Source of the DNA: Piromyces finnis finn
Lineage: Eukaryota > Fungi > Neocallimastigomycota
NCBI GenBank assembly: GCA_002104945.1
Contig: MCFH01000062.1
Span: forward strand, 186,001 to 250,000
Direction: 5' to 3'
DNA: 64,000 bases
Of this stretch, positions 46,601-56,880 are shown one piece after another. Under the pieces are notes generated by a model. It had not been told where the DNA came from. It searched no databases and was given only the letters and a program-made list of their open reading frames with translations. The position numbers and the translations under genes are program-made. Every line of letters begins with the position of its first letter. The stretch's first letter is position 1.

Positions 46601-48144
46601 AGTTCATCTGTAGAAACATTAGGATCGTTGGATTTTGCTGAAAGTATTTGGAATTTATTATGACTGAGAATAGATTCCTTTTCCTCAATACATTTTAATC
46701 TATTCCATTTCAGAATTTTCTTAGGAACATTAAAGTCATTAGAAAAATCTTCCATAGGAATAATTTTACCATTAATAAGAAGTGGCTTATGATCTGATAC
46801 AGGATAAAAATTATTTATAAATGATCCTGAGTGAATAAGATCTTTCACCTTCGAATTGATAAGAGCATGGTCAATGTCGGAAGATTGATCACCTCGAGTC
46901 CAAGAGATAGTAGACCCTCTAAGCGGAAGAATTTCCCAATCTCCTAATCCATTAGTTGATAACCAGTTGGATAATTTTACTTTAGACATATTAAAATCAC
47001 CAACAAGAATCGATGGATGGGATGAATGAGTTTGTAACCACAAGCGAACTTCTAACTTTGCATGATCAACATAGATGTTGTGATGACTATGAGGCATATA
47101 AACATTACCAATCGAGCATTTGAATCTATTCCAGAGACTAAAAGTATAAATAGAAATAATATACTTTCCAGAGAAGTTTTCAAGTGAAGCTTGACACGAA
47201 TTGTGAAAACCTAAATATAAACCTCTCATTCCCGGAACTGATTCGTCAGCTTTCTTGAAAAAGTGTCTATAGTTTCGCAAAGTAACACGACAAGGATAAT
47301 CTGTATTCGATCCAGAACCATTACCAGTTTCTTGGAAACATAAAAATAATGGTTTGAAAATAGCTGTGAAATAGCTAATACTATCTCTCTTTTCATGATT
47401 CCACCCATTGGTGTTCCAACTAAGACAAAAAGAAAAGTTATCAGGCTTGTTGGATGAGGAAGAATCGTTGCTATTATTATTATTATTAAAGTCATCGTTA
47501 TTAATGGATGATGCATCAGAGGAATAAGTAGAACTATTACTAGATGGCTGTGAAACTGAAGAACTATCAACTATTGAACTGTTATCAGAGTTGATAGAAC
47601 TATTAGAATTAATTGTTGAATGTTGAGATTGAAATTGTGTTTGCTGTAGATCTGGAATATTTTCATGATGGGAAACTTGTTGAAGATCTTGTTGAAGATC
47701 TTGTTGAAGATCGGATTGTTGATGAGATTGTTGAACTGATTGTTGAAATGATTGTTGAATAGAATGTTGATGTTTATTAGAAACTAAAATTTTACGTTTG
47801 AGAGTGGAAAAAGTGTATTTGTGATTCCTTCTACTACGAGCTGAAAAGGAAATTGAGGAAACTGAAAGTTTCTTCTTTAACATGTGTAAGATTTTAATAC
47901 AATCTTTTGATGAACCATGAACCTTGACTAAGAAAAAGTGATCATTGAAAGTCTGAAAATATTTAACACTAATAACTGAATTAAATTTATCTTCTAGAAT
48001 AACCTCGAGTTTTTCCCATAGCATATTTACTGACCATGATCGAATACCACGGATAAAGAAGGAGCGAATATCATCTAAGGGGATACCATAAGACCGGGTA
48101 CCACGTCTGATATAATTCTTGTCTTTAATATAAAGGACTGACAT
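43621..48144 (-). CDS. Non-LTR retrotransposon (LINE) single ORF: N-terminal RRM-like region, APE endonuclease, reverse transcriptase, C-terminal Cys/His knuckle
   Basis: SWNTNG, FQET, VGDFN, IDH, SDHKP (APE). YRGISL, QFGFR, LDLRKAYDSV, GVRQGCPLSP, FADD, YLG (RT). CPCCKC..HWLLDC. Intact 1507 aa. Confidence 0.95.
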   Translation of the reverse strand: MSVLYIKDKNYIRRGTRSYGIPLDDIRSFFIRGIRSWSVNMLWEKLEVILEDKFNSVISVKYFQTFNDHFFLVKVHGSSKDCIKILHMLKKKLSVSSISFSARSRRNHKYTFSTLKRKILVSNKHQHSIQQSFQQSVQQSHQQSDLQQDLQQDLQQVSHHENIPDLQQTQFQSQHSTINSNSSINSDNSSIVDSSSVSQPSSNSSTYSSDASSINNDDFNNNNNSNDSSSSNKPDNFSFCLSWNTNGWNHEKRDSISYFTAIFKPLFLCFQETGNGSGSNTDYPCRVTLRNYRHFFKKADESVPGMRGLYLGFHNSCQASLENFSGKYIISIYTFSLWNRFKCSIGNVYMPHSHHNIYVDHAKLEVRLWLQTHSSHPSILVGDFNMSKVKLSNWLSTNGLGDWEILPLRGSTISWTRGDQSSDIDHALINSKVKDLIHSGSFINNFYPVSDHKPLLINGKIIPMEDFSNDFNVPKKILKWNRLKCIEEKESILSHNKFQILSAKSNDPNVSTDELSKEFTSTAFSIADELSITSANNVIKSSFHISQQIFNLQNIKMKLYKRFKKERIYDIDEFIKRIKIYRKLIDYIHKRCNEFRKQEYLHWIKTGCEYMKSHNPKKAWKWIKKTAKIGKDSFFIAQPIKDKNGELVVATEEQLDVWHDHFENLASDPSGVSLDLEHWYEEPTNKRFSLPMLDEWDINQDISIDEVKSAILSTPNYKASGPDGIPIEFYKALVPSSNDSNNATDNNSSGNTTSDNDAHGLNFILKLFNRIWDGDFPNSWNESSIVSIPKKGDLTDCDNYRGISLINNGIKLISKIVTTRISEYGLKNNFIRPEQFGFRKKEESISLFISIQEICRRRQLDNKETYLAFLDLRKAYDSVPIGNILHKLDCLGIRGKSLQFIKNLYLTSKANVKLDGQFSKSFDVKKGVRQGCPLSPILFNLFINDIFRECEDLGVSLGDTRCCGGLFADDIVICAPTRGCLKKMLRRVNEWALYNEMEFGIQKCSTMVIRPESIENQNKRDPTFYLAGQPIPTTDCYTYLGVPFDKNLSLKPVIKALNNKVLKGLFSVSKFLRNPNIPIPFKKLVLNSQVISRVSYFAPLLGSNKARSRIAQKHVNKGIRWVAGVHKAVSFISLYSISKDLNIPPLSAKCALAQVRCFNKWKNSNCIISHIVNYIPKFRKYMWCKSSRTLDKKLKKHGDVKAVKNFYWKDLKGNSIKAQYYDDNKFIETKDFIKLCYEYPEFAYGFYWLLKARSGYKLDARVAKAAKFVDPVCPNYCPCCKCGDQSIKHWLLDCPTFRDIRIKHYDSIVQLLNFFSQRNSNSPINNNENVNISRDSNNINSNSNNSSNNNSNSNNSNSNNSNNNNNRNNNISNDSNSEDNNSNLDSNLVNDSNSSNNPVNINVYDYSSVCSKIFKFLLGGRSFNNINYNSREWKELCKRQIQSGTNEGTPFLTVTAELLTKIMPFAIGQQWSMFKRFEATSKSVNAEETVRQARRASATNGDHNFVP

Positions 48145-48669
48145 GATAATAAATTCTAATTAAAAATATTGAATATAAAATAAATAAAAAATTGTTACGA
48201 TGCTTTGTTTAAAGTTTCTTTTTTTGAATTCTAGTTGTAAATTTTCTTTAAAAATTCTAGTTTTGGTTTGTTGTTAGTAAATTCGAATCGCTTTTTGACA
48301 CTAAACTTGTTTGACTTACTTTTCATTAAATATTTAAATTGGTAAAAAATTTGAATCAAGAATGTCGACACCAGAAAGCTTGTGAATAGTATTTTTACAT
48401 GATGTAGAGTGAATCAGTCTCTTACAAGAAACAATACAACAATAGCTACATGAATATAAAAATACAATGCAAATGCAAATGCTAAAGTTGACTACATTGG
48501 ATTCTTACAAGAGAAGAGTAGTACTACATGAATACATGAATAAAAGAAAAAAATACAGCAACAAAATGTATTACTCTTCTAATTAAATACTATACAAACT
48601 TACCTGAATATCAAACATTCAACTTATTCATCAAATATTTAATTCGATGAATAAAATGTTTTTTAATCG

Positions 48670-48960
48670 CTCAGTACCATGAGCTTAGTCCTAATAATTT
48701 TCCCTTAAAGACTAACCAAGCATCCATTGCGCAATGCTTGGATTTAATTCTTTCTACTCTCTCAGTACCATGAGCATGAGTAGACCCCCTTGATAAACTC
48801 CATTATTAAATAAATGAAGGCACGTTTCCAAGAGGGCACCAAGCATCCATTGCGCAATACTTGGATTTAATTCTTTCTACTCTCTCAGTACCATGAGCAT
48901 GAGTAGACCCCCTTGAGAAACTACATTTATTAAATAAATGAAGGCACGTTCCCAAGAGGG
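48670..48960 (-). repeat. Two 123-bp hairpin-rich monomers plus a partial third, upstream of the LINE ORF
   Basis: ccaagcatccattgcgcaat at 48716 and 48839; ctcagtaccatgag at 48671, 48761 and 48884. Confidence 0.88.
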
Positions 48961-49518
48961 AAGAAAAAAAAGAAAGGATATAATATATATAGTTTTTTCT
49001 TTTTTTAATTATATATATATTATAATTATATTTTTTTAGTTATAAAATTTGGTTATTAATCATAAATCATAACAATAATACATTTATAATATATTTATAC
49101 CCATTGATATATAACATATATTTAATAATTAATTATTAATTATTAAATAATATAAAGATAGATATTATATCTTTACACTTTTACTATAAAAAACTTTTTG
49201 TTATTTAAATTTAATAAGATATTTATTGATTATATTTATATTTTATAATAACTTATAAAATGAATTTAAATATATTTTTAAATTTATAAATAAATTTTAT
49301 AAACTAACGTTATGTTTAGTTTCTTTACACTATAAATATTCAATATTATTAAATTTTTTACATTCTTAGATGTTATTATTAGTTATTAAATTATAAAAAA
49401 AATATATTATTTAAATAAAATTAATTTATGATAGATTTATAAAATTCTATTTATATAATTTCATTTATCTTTTTCATTTGCTAATATAACTTTAGTTAGG
49501 TTCTACTACAGTTAGTTT

Positions 49519-51733
49519 TTAATTTGAAGTAGAATTAGCTAAAGTAGAATTAGCTAAAGTAGAATCAGTTGAACCAGAATCAGTTGAACCAGAATCAGTT
49601 GAACCAGAATCAGTTGAACCAGAATCAGTTGAACCAGAATCAGTTGAACCAGAATCAGTTGAACCAGAATCAGTTGAACCAGAATCAGTTGAACCAGAAT
49701 CAGTTGAACCAGAATCAGTTGAACCAGAATCAGTTGAACCAGAATCAGTTGAACCAGAATCAGTTGAACCAGAATCAGTTGAACCAGAATCAGTTGAACC
49801 AGAATCTTCAGCTGTAGTAGTAGTTTCTACTGGAGTAGTAGTAGTAGTAGTTTCTACTGGAGTAGTAGTAGTAGTAGTAGTTTCTACTGGAGTAGTAGTA
49901 GTAGTAGTAGTTTCTACTGGAGTAGTAGTAGTAGTAGTTTCTACTGGAGTAGTAGTAGTAGTAGTAGTTTCTACTGGAGTAGTAGTAGTAGTAGTTCTAC
50001 TGGAGTAGTAGTAGTAGTAGTAGTTTCTACTGGAGTAGTAGTAGTAGTAGTAGTTTCTACTGGAGTAGTAGTAGTAGTAGTAGTAGTTTCTACTGGAGTA
50101 GTAGTAGTAGTAGTAGTAGTTTCTACTGGAGTAGTAGTAGTAGTAGTAGTTTCTACTGGAGTAGTAGTAGTAGTAGTAGTTCTACTGGAGTAGTAGTAGT
50201 AGTAGTAGTTTCTACTGGAGTAGTAGTAGTAGTAGTAGTTTCTACTGGAGTAGTAGTAGTAGTAGTAGTTTCTACTGGAGTAGTAGTAGTAGTAGTAGTT
50301 TCTACTGGAGTAGTAGTAGTAGTAGTAGTTTCTACTGGAGTAGTAGTAGTAGTAGTAGTTTCTACTGGAGTAGTAGTAGTAGTAGTTCCTACTGGAGTAG
50401 TAGTAGTAGTAGTAGTTCCTACTGGAGTAGTAGTAGTAGTAGTAGTTTCTACTGGAGTAGTAGTAGTAGTAGTAGTTTCTACTGGAGTAGTAGTAGTAGT
50501 AGTAGTTTCTACTGGAGTAGTAGTAGTAGTAGTAGTTTCTACTGGAGTAGTAGTAGTAGTAGTTCCTACTGGAGTAGTAGTAGTAGTAGTAGTTTCTACT
50601 GGAGTAGTAGTAGTAGTAGTAGTTTCTACTGGAGTAGTAGTAGTAGTAGTAGTTTCTACTGGAGTAGTAGTAGTAGTAGTTTCTACTGGAGTAGTAGTAG
50701 TAGTAGTTCCTACTGGAGTAGTAGTAGTAGTAGTAGTTTCTACTGGAGTAGTAGTAGTAGTAGTAGTTTCTACTGGAGTAGTAGTAGTAGTAGTTCCTAC
50801 TGGAGTAGTAGTGGTAGTAGTTTGTACTGGAGTAGTAGTGGTAGTTTCTGGTTCATCTCCACATTTTTCACCATATTTACTTTGACATCCAAGTTTAAAT
50901 GAACAGAAAGGACCAGTTCCACAATAACCTTTTCCACTACAACAATTACCAGTTGCACAAGATCCCTTATCTTCACCACATTTACAAACACCATATTCAA
51001 TTTGGCATCCCTTATTAGAATAACAAAATGCTGGAGTTCTTCCACAGTAACCCTTTTCACTACAGCAATTACTATCAGCACAAGATCCCTTACCTTCACC
51101 ACATTTACAAACACCATATTCAATTTGGCATCCCTTATTAGAATAACAAAATGTTGAAGTTCTTCCACAGTAACCCTTTTCACTACAGCAATTACCATCA
51201 GCACAAGATCCCTTACCTTCACCACATTTACAAACACCATATTCAATTTGGCATCCCTTATTAGAATAACAAAATGTTGAAGTTCTTCCACAGTAACCCT
51301 TTTCACTACAGCAATTACCATCAGCACAAGATCCCTTACCTTCACCACATTTACAAACACCATATTCAATTTGGCATCCCTTATTAGAATAACAAAATGT
51401 TGAAGTTCTTCCACAGTAACCCTTTTCACTACAGCAATTACCATCAGCACAAGATCCCTTACCTTCACCACATTTACAAACACCATATTCAATTTGGCAT
51501 CCCTTATTAGAATAACAAAATGATGGAGTTGTTCCACAATAACCTTTTTTGCTACAACATTGACCATCAGGACATTTTCCAAAATTTACACCGTTTACTA
51601 TACCACATCTTTGAACGTCTTCTCTTTTTTCTAAATTTTCACTTGAATTTTCAGTTAAAAATTCAGAAATTGAAAATGCAAATACTGTATATGAAAGTGT
51701 TATTATTAAACTAAACAATATAAATATTTTCAT
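49519..51733 (-). CDS. Secreted protein with six tandem CBM18 (hevein) domains, a long PVET(n) mucin-like stalk and a (GSTDS)n tail; apparent frameshift(s) inside the Thr repeat
   Basis: Signal peptide, EKR site, and 41-aa CCSEKGYCG units. After the shift, ..[25 protein letters not shown] ends in a stop at 49519-49521. Confidence 0.85.
49561..49806. repeat. 15-bp perfect tandem repeat (GAACCAGAATCAGTT, ~16 copies) encoding GSTDS on the minus strand
   Basis: Direct inspection. Confidence 0.95.
49812..50840. repeat. ~1-kb (GTA)n-based minisatellite encoding PV(E/G)TTTTTT
   Basis: Units of ttctactgga(gta)n of variable length. Confidence 0.95.
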
Positions 51734-53656
51734 TCTAAATAATATTTTTTTATAAAACTTGCTAAATCAAAAAATAAATATTATAAATTAATTAAAGTAA
51801 TAGATTAATGAAAAAAAAATAATAGACTGATTGAAAAAAAAAAATAAAAAGTAAAATTTTTTATACTAATTTAGTAAATTAAGCTTTCTTTTCTTCCCAA
51901 TATATTATATTATATTATTAATAGATTTTAATAATGATTAAAATAGTACAGCCACATGAAATAGTACAATAAGTTCATTTAATATATACCATAAAATCTT
52001 TTTTTTTATATAAGAAAAAAAAACGTTTAAACATAATATTTGAAATAAAAAAAATTCATATTAGTTTAATTATTATTTACTTTTTTATATTTTAATAATT
52101 TTTGATTGGAATCATTTGCAATATCTTTGACTACACTTTGTTTTTAATACTGTAAAACGAATTATTAAATTTTTAGATAATTACATTGTTCTATACATTT
52201 CCACATTCATTCATATTTTTTTTATATAATAAAAATATTTTACTATAAAATTAAAAAAATTAAACTAATTTTTTTTTTTATTTTCCTTTCACTAATCATA
52301 TTTTTATATTTCTCTTTATGATCCAAATGTTAAAATTATAATATAGCCATTTACATTTACAATTAAAGATTTTAATCTATATTATATTATATTATATTAT
52401 TTTTCTTTCTATACTTTACTATTATCGATAATGGTTGTTATTAAACACATTTCTTTGTATATGAACTTATTATTTTTTAGATATTTTTCGTTTTAATTCA
52501 ACCAAATTATTGCAAATAGTTCCATGTTTTATTGTATTACAAACCAAAAATTGTAAATATAAAAATTTAATTAAATTTTATTTAAATTAAAAATTTATTA
52601 ATTTCCAATAAAACTTTTTAAATTTTTAAATGACAATAAATTGTGAATTAAAATAAACTATTTATTAGAATACACTAATGAATATATTAATGATGAAAAT
52701 AATATAAGATGAATTTGATATAAAAAAAAATTTATCAAATTTTATGTATGGTATGTTCATCATTCCTTCATATATAATAATAATATAACATTAATATACT
52801 CGATTATTAAGTTAGTCATCCGAAAAATTACTATAATTGGATATAATGAATGTAATATTCATTCTTTAATGTAAAAAAGATGAAGTACTGAAATATGAAA
52901 TGTTCAATGAAAATAAAGTTAAAGTAAATCTTTATTACTAAAGATTTTCAAATAATTAAAATAATTATCTAAATTCTTTTAAAAGTTGTATTTAATTCTT
53001 TAATTCAAATATAATCATGTATTTTTCAACTTTTTCATATTAACCATATTTAAATTCTTTGAATGTAAGATTTTCAATTGTTGATTATTTTTATCTTTTT
53101 TTTTCTAGATATTACAAGTATGAAAATTAATTAATATTTTAATATATGAGTTTTTAATATGTTAAAATAATATTTAATTTTTCAATATTTTTTTTTTTTT
53201 TTTTTTTAATGGCATCAAATATTTTAAACTTAATTTTTCAATAAATCTAAATTTATTATTTCATTTACCAATAATATATTTGTTTTTTCCATTTATTTTT
53301 AGGATATATTCATTTAAAACTAAGTAAAAATTAAAAATATACATAATATACATAATAAATTTTATATCATTTAATTAAAACTATATACTTTTTTAAAAAA
53401 AAAATTAAAACTATTTTTCCAAGAATAATAAAATAATAATATATAATGAGATTTGGTTTAAAATGATATTAATGTATATAAAAATATTAATAATAAAGTT
53501 AAAATAATTTAAAATAAAATTTGTAATTGTAGGATTTAAATAAAATAAAATAAAATAAAATGTTTAGTATATTTATATTTACATTATAAATTGATTAAAT
53601 TCAGTTATTAAAATATTTTTTTATTTTTTAAATATAAACAATAAAAGCTTTAATAC

Positions 53657-53873
53657 TGTTAGAATATGTGAAACGTTATGTCACATGTATTCAAATGTAT
53701 TGAAATGTATTAAAACGTATTTGTATATATTGTATTTGATTATATGTTTAAGCCACAATGTAAATGTATAAATACATGTAGTTTTAGAAGAATGTAACGC
53801 AAGTAGTTCTTTATCATAAAATATATTAATAAAGTTGACATAATTATAAACCTAAATTAAACAACTCTTAATA
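53657..53873 (+). repeat. 5' LTR (217 bp)
   Basis: Matches 58263-58479. Confidence 0.93.
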
Positions 53874-54536
53874 GATTAAGAGTCTCAATGACTCTCATGA
53901 GAGAATATCAATGACTCTCATTGACTCTCAGATGATTCTCTGAAAGATGAATCAAACCGCCGGACACATTATGTCATAGGAGAAAACTATTGGAAACCCT
54001 AATCCCTACAATATAAGTTTTAATTGAAAATTATGAAATTTAGAGATCTAAAACTTTGAAATCTTGAAATCTCAAAAACTAAGTCACAAAATTGCCTAAT
54101 TAACAATACTGACTATATAGCGAAAGAAAACTCCGTCCAAGAAACATGGAACATTGATAATATTATACTTTAGACATAAATTAATTTATACTAAATAAAA
54201 TAATTTAGATTTAGATCTTAAATTTAAGAATAAACAAACATTTAAATTTAAAAATTAAAATTTATAATTTAAATTTAAGAACAATTGAAATTCAGAAATT
54301 TAAGTTGAAATTTAAAATTTAAAATAAATAAATTTATCCATTTTTAAAAGTAATTTAAATTTTAAACTAAACAATATGTTTATATTAGAAATAATAGAAT
54401 TTCATTCTCAACTTACTTTATTCACCACAAATAGTATAAATTAGCTAATAAAATCCAAAATTTTATTTTATATAATTATTTACAATTGAGTTATTAAATT
54501 TCATCAAATATATTAATATTATAAATACTCCAAAGA

Positions 54537-55841
54537 ATGAGATTAAGAAGCAAAGTAATATATTTTTTAAATATTTTTTCGACAATTTTAATTCTACCAT
54601 TGGTAATTGCTGAAAATCAAAAATGTCATGTAACCAATGTCGGAACAGGTGTTTGCGTTAATGAGGATCAATGTAAATTAAATGGTAAACAAACTGGCAA
54701 TGCTAAAGTATATCCAAAAATTTGTAAATATGACTCGGAAAAGATTAAATGCTGTATAAAGGATGTCGATACACTTACAGATGGAACAATTCTTCCAACA
54801 ACAGGAAAATGTAAAAATATAAATGAAGGTAACTGTTCAGAAGAATCTTACACGAGATATAGGAACCAATGCCCAGGAGATGATGTTGTTCAACTATGTG
54901 TTCCAAATACAAATCTAAATAATAATACAGATATTGATGATGTAAATTTAAATTTAAATGATAACTGTCCTGAAGTTACAGTTAGTCAAATGCTGCCAAT
55001 GTTAAATCCAGCATACACAATTGCTGAAGTTACAATAAAATTTATTGAAGCGTATAAAAATTCTAGGCCATCTACATATAATTATATATCTGATTTAGCT
55101 ATGGCAATTGGCCATTATAGAGGAAAGTCTGGAAAAACAGTACCTGCAAGCAATACTCTAATTAATGAAGAAATGAAAAAGAGTTTGAAATACAAAAATA
55201 TGATAAAAGAACTAAAAAAAATAATTAAAGATAAAGTCACAGATGAAAAAATAGAAAATAAAACTGTAATAAGAAATGCAGAAAATTCAGGTAGAGGACT
55301 TTGGTGTTTAACGTTAGGAAGCTATTATGTCAATATTGATTATGCTTTTTATCCAAAATCCGGATGGAACACTGTTAAAATTCATTTTTCAGGATATGAC
55401 ACATGGGATTTTGAACACATCAAAAAAGAGAAAGATCAAAATGTTCTTAAAAATTTATGGAATGGAATAAAAACTGGAATATATAATATTCTTGAAGAAG
55501 ATATTCCAAGTTTTATCGCAGGAGATGGTAAAACATATGATATTACTTATGATTTTTATGACGAAGTAACTTTTTTTTATGGATACTCACCTTCAGAGTA
55601 TTTTAATTTTGGGAAAAGATCTGTAGATGCATCAAGCGAAATATGTAATTTTTACACATTCAAATACATTGATACATACGACTACATTGATGAAGATGAT
55701 GAAGATGATGAAGATGACGAAATATGTTATAATTATTATAAAGATGAAAATGGTTCAATAAATTCAATTCACTTTAATATTTTTAACATTGTTATTATTT
55801 TAACTTCAGTCATATTCTTGCAATTAATCAATTTATATTAG
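54537..55841 (+). CDS. Secreted protein: Cys-rich N-terminal module, colicin-M-like putative toxin domain, KR site, acidic stretch, hydrophobic anchor
   Basis: Signal peptide, G.CV....C...CC.K and CPG...LC modules, HYRGKSG / TLGSY / YDTWDF / GKTYDI motifs, GKRS site, tail IVIILTSVIFLQLINLY. The ORF is certain; the function is inferred. Confidence 0.75.
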   Translation: MRLRSKVIYFLNIFSTILILPLVIAENQKCHVTNVGTGVCVNEDQCKLNGKQTGNAKVYPKICKYDSEKIKCCIKDVDTLTDGTILPTTGKCKNINEGNCSEESYTRYRNQCPGDDVVQLCVPNTNLNNNTDIDDVNLNLNDNCPEVTVSQMLPMLNPAYTIAEVTIKFIEAYKNSRPSTYNYISDLAMAIGHYRGKSGKTVPASNTLINEEMKKSLKYKNMIKELKKIIKDKVTDEKIENKTVIRNAENSGRGLWCLTLGSYYVNIDYAFYPKSGWNTVKIHFSGYDTWDFEHIKKEKDQNVLKNLWNGIKTGIYNILEEDIPSFIAGDGKTYDITYDFYDEVTFFYGYSPSEYFNFGKRSVDASSEICNFYTFKYIDTYDYIDEDDEDDEDDEICYNYYKDENGSINSIHFNIFNIVIILTSVIFLQLINLY

Positions 55842-56599
55842 AATTACTTAATTTCGTCAACTTTACAATATAAATTCATTAACATTTTCACATATATAAT
55901 TATAAATAATCATTTATTAACATACATAATTTCATAAAATAACATTATTGTTATTGAAAGCATACATATTTATTTCAAGTAAATATATTGTTTGTGTAAT
56001 AATTAAATACATTAACTACTACTATTTCAATGAGAAAATATTCTTTCTGCCATAGGGGAAAGAAAAAATATAAAGAAAATACATAAAATTTATACAATTA
56101 GAAACATGAACTAGAATAATTAAATATTATTTGATTAGTTTGCATAAAATATCTTATTGTAATGAAATTATGCAATGAACATTGAAACTATCCTTGTGAA
56201 AATGTCAATCAATTTCTTTATGATAATTTCACTCAAATCAGTATTATATAATTTAATCCAGTATACTATTCTTTGAATTAAATCATTATAACAATACTTT
56301 AAGATAATATTTAGCCTCAAAAGCATTATTTATATTATTGCTTCCTATAAAGCAAATATATTACTGGTCAAATGCTCATCCCGTAGGCTGTTATTGCTAA
56401 TATACATAGCAAATATTTCAAATGAGGTAATTTATTAAAGTTAGAAATGCTTAGCGTGAAATGAGCATATTCTACATATATATATACTTTGAATAACCTA
56501 GCGTGAAATGGGTATATTCAATAATATTTTAACAACTTATCATGATTTAACTTAGCGTGAAATGAGTTATATTCATAGATAATTATTAATGATGGTTTT

Positions 56600-56880
56600 A
56601 GACCTATATATATTTAATTTGGTCCCATCAATAACAATGTAGCACCTTCATAGTAAGGGCTCCTTAGATTTAGATGACATTGATTCATCATATTTATTTA
56701 TTACCAACATTCAAGAATGTTGTGACGCCGTTTTAAAATATAATTTACGGTGATTTAGTAACCTCATATATAAATCGCCACTTTCAACGTAGTGAGTGAT
56801 CGCCAACCAATTAGCTGACATTCTAATTAACCGAGCCGACTTCGATATAATTTAGAAGAACTTTATTCTCTTCAACAATC
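56600..56880 (+). pseudogene. Heavily decayed copia RNase H remnant
   Basis: aac caa tta gct gac att cta = NQLADIL, cf. the copia C-terminal QLADI(L/F)TK motif. No ORF survives. Confidence 0.5.

Larger units (their letters stand above)
43500..48960 (-). mobile_element. Full-length LINE including a ~800-bp 5' region; 3' boundary approximate
   Basis: ORF plus GC-richer 5' repeats ending sharply at 48960. No TSD could be identified. Confidence 0.7.

Noticed and set aside
48716-48960. Hammerhead or HDV-like ribozyme call
   Set aside because: No intact CUGANGA/GAAA core (GAAAC is GGAAC in one copy), and I could not build the HDV nested double pseudoknot. Kept only as an unclassified structure.
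49569-49817. ORF (NQNQL)n
   Set aside because: It is the antisense reading of the GSTDS coding repeat.
53874-53888. Definite tRNA primer-binding site for the copia-like element
   Set aside because: GATTAAGAGTCTC only loosely resembles the half-tRNAiMet PBS (GGTTATGAGCCC) and can also pair with the LTR end. It cannot be assigned without host tRNA sequences.
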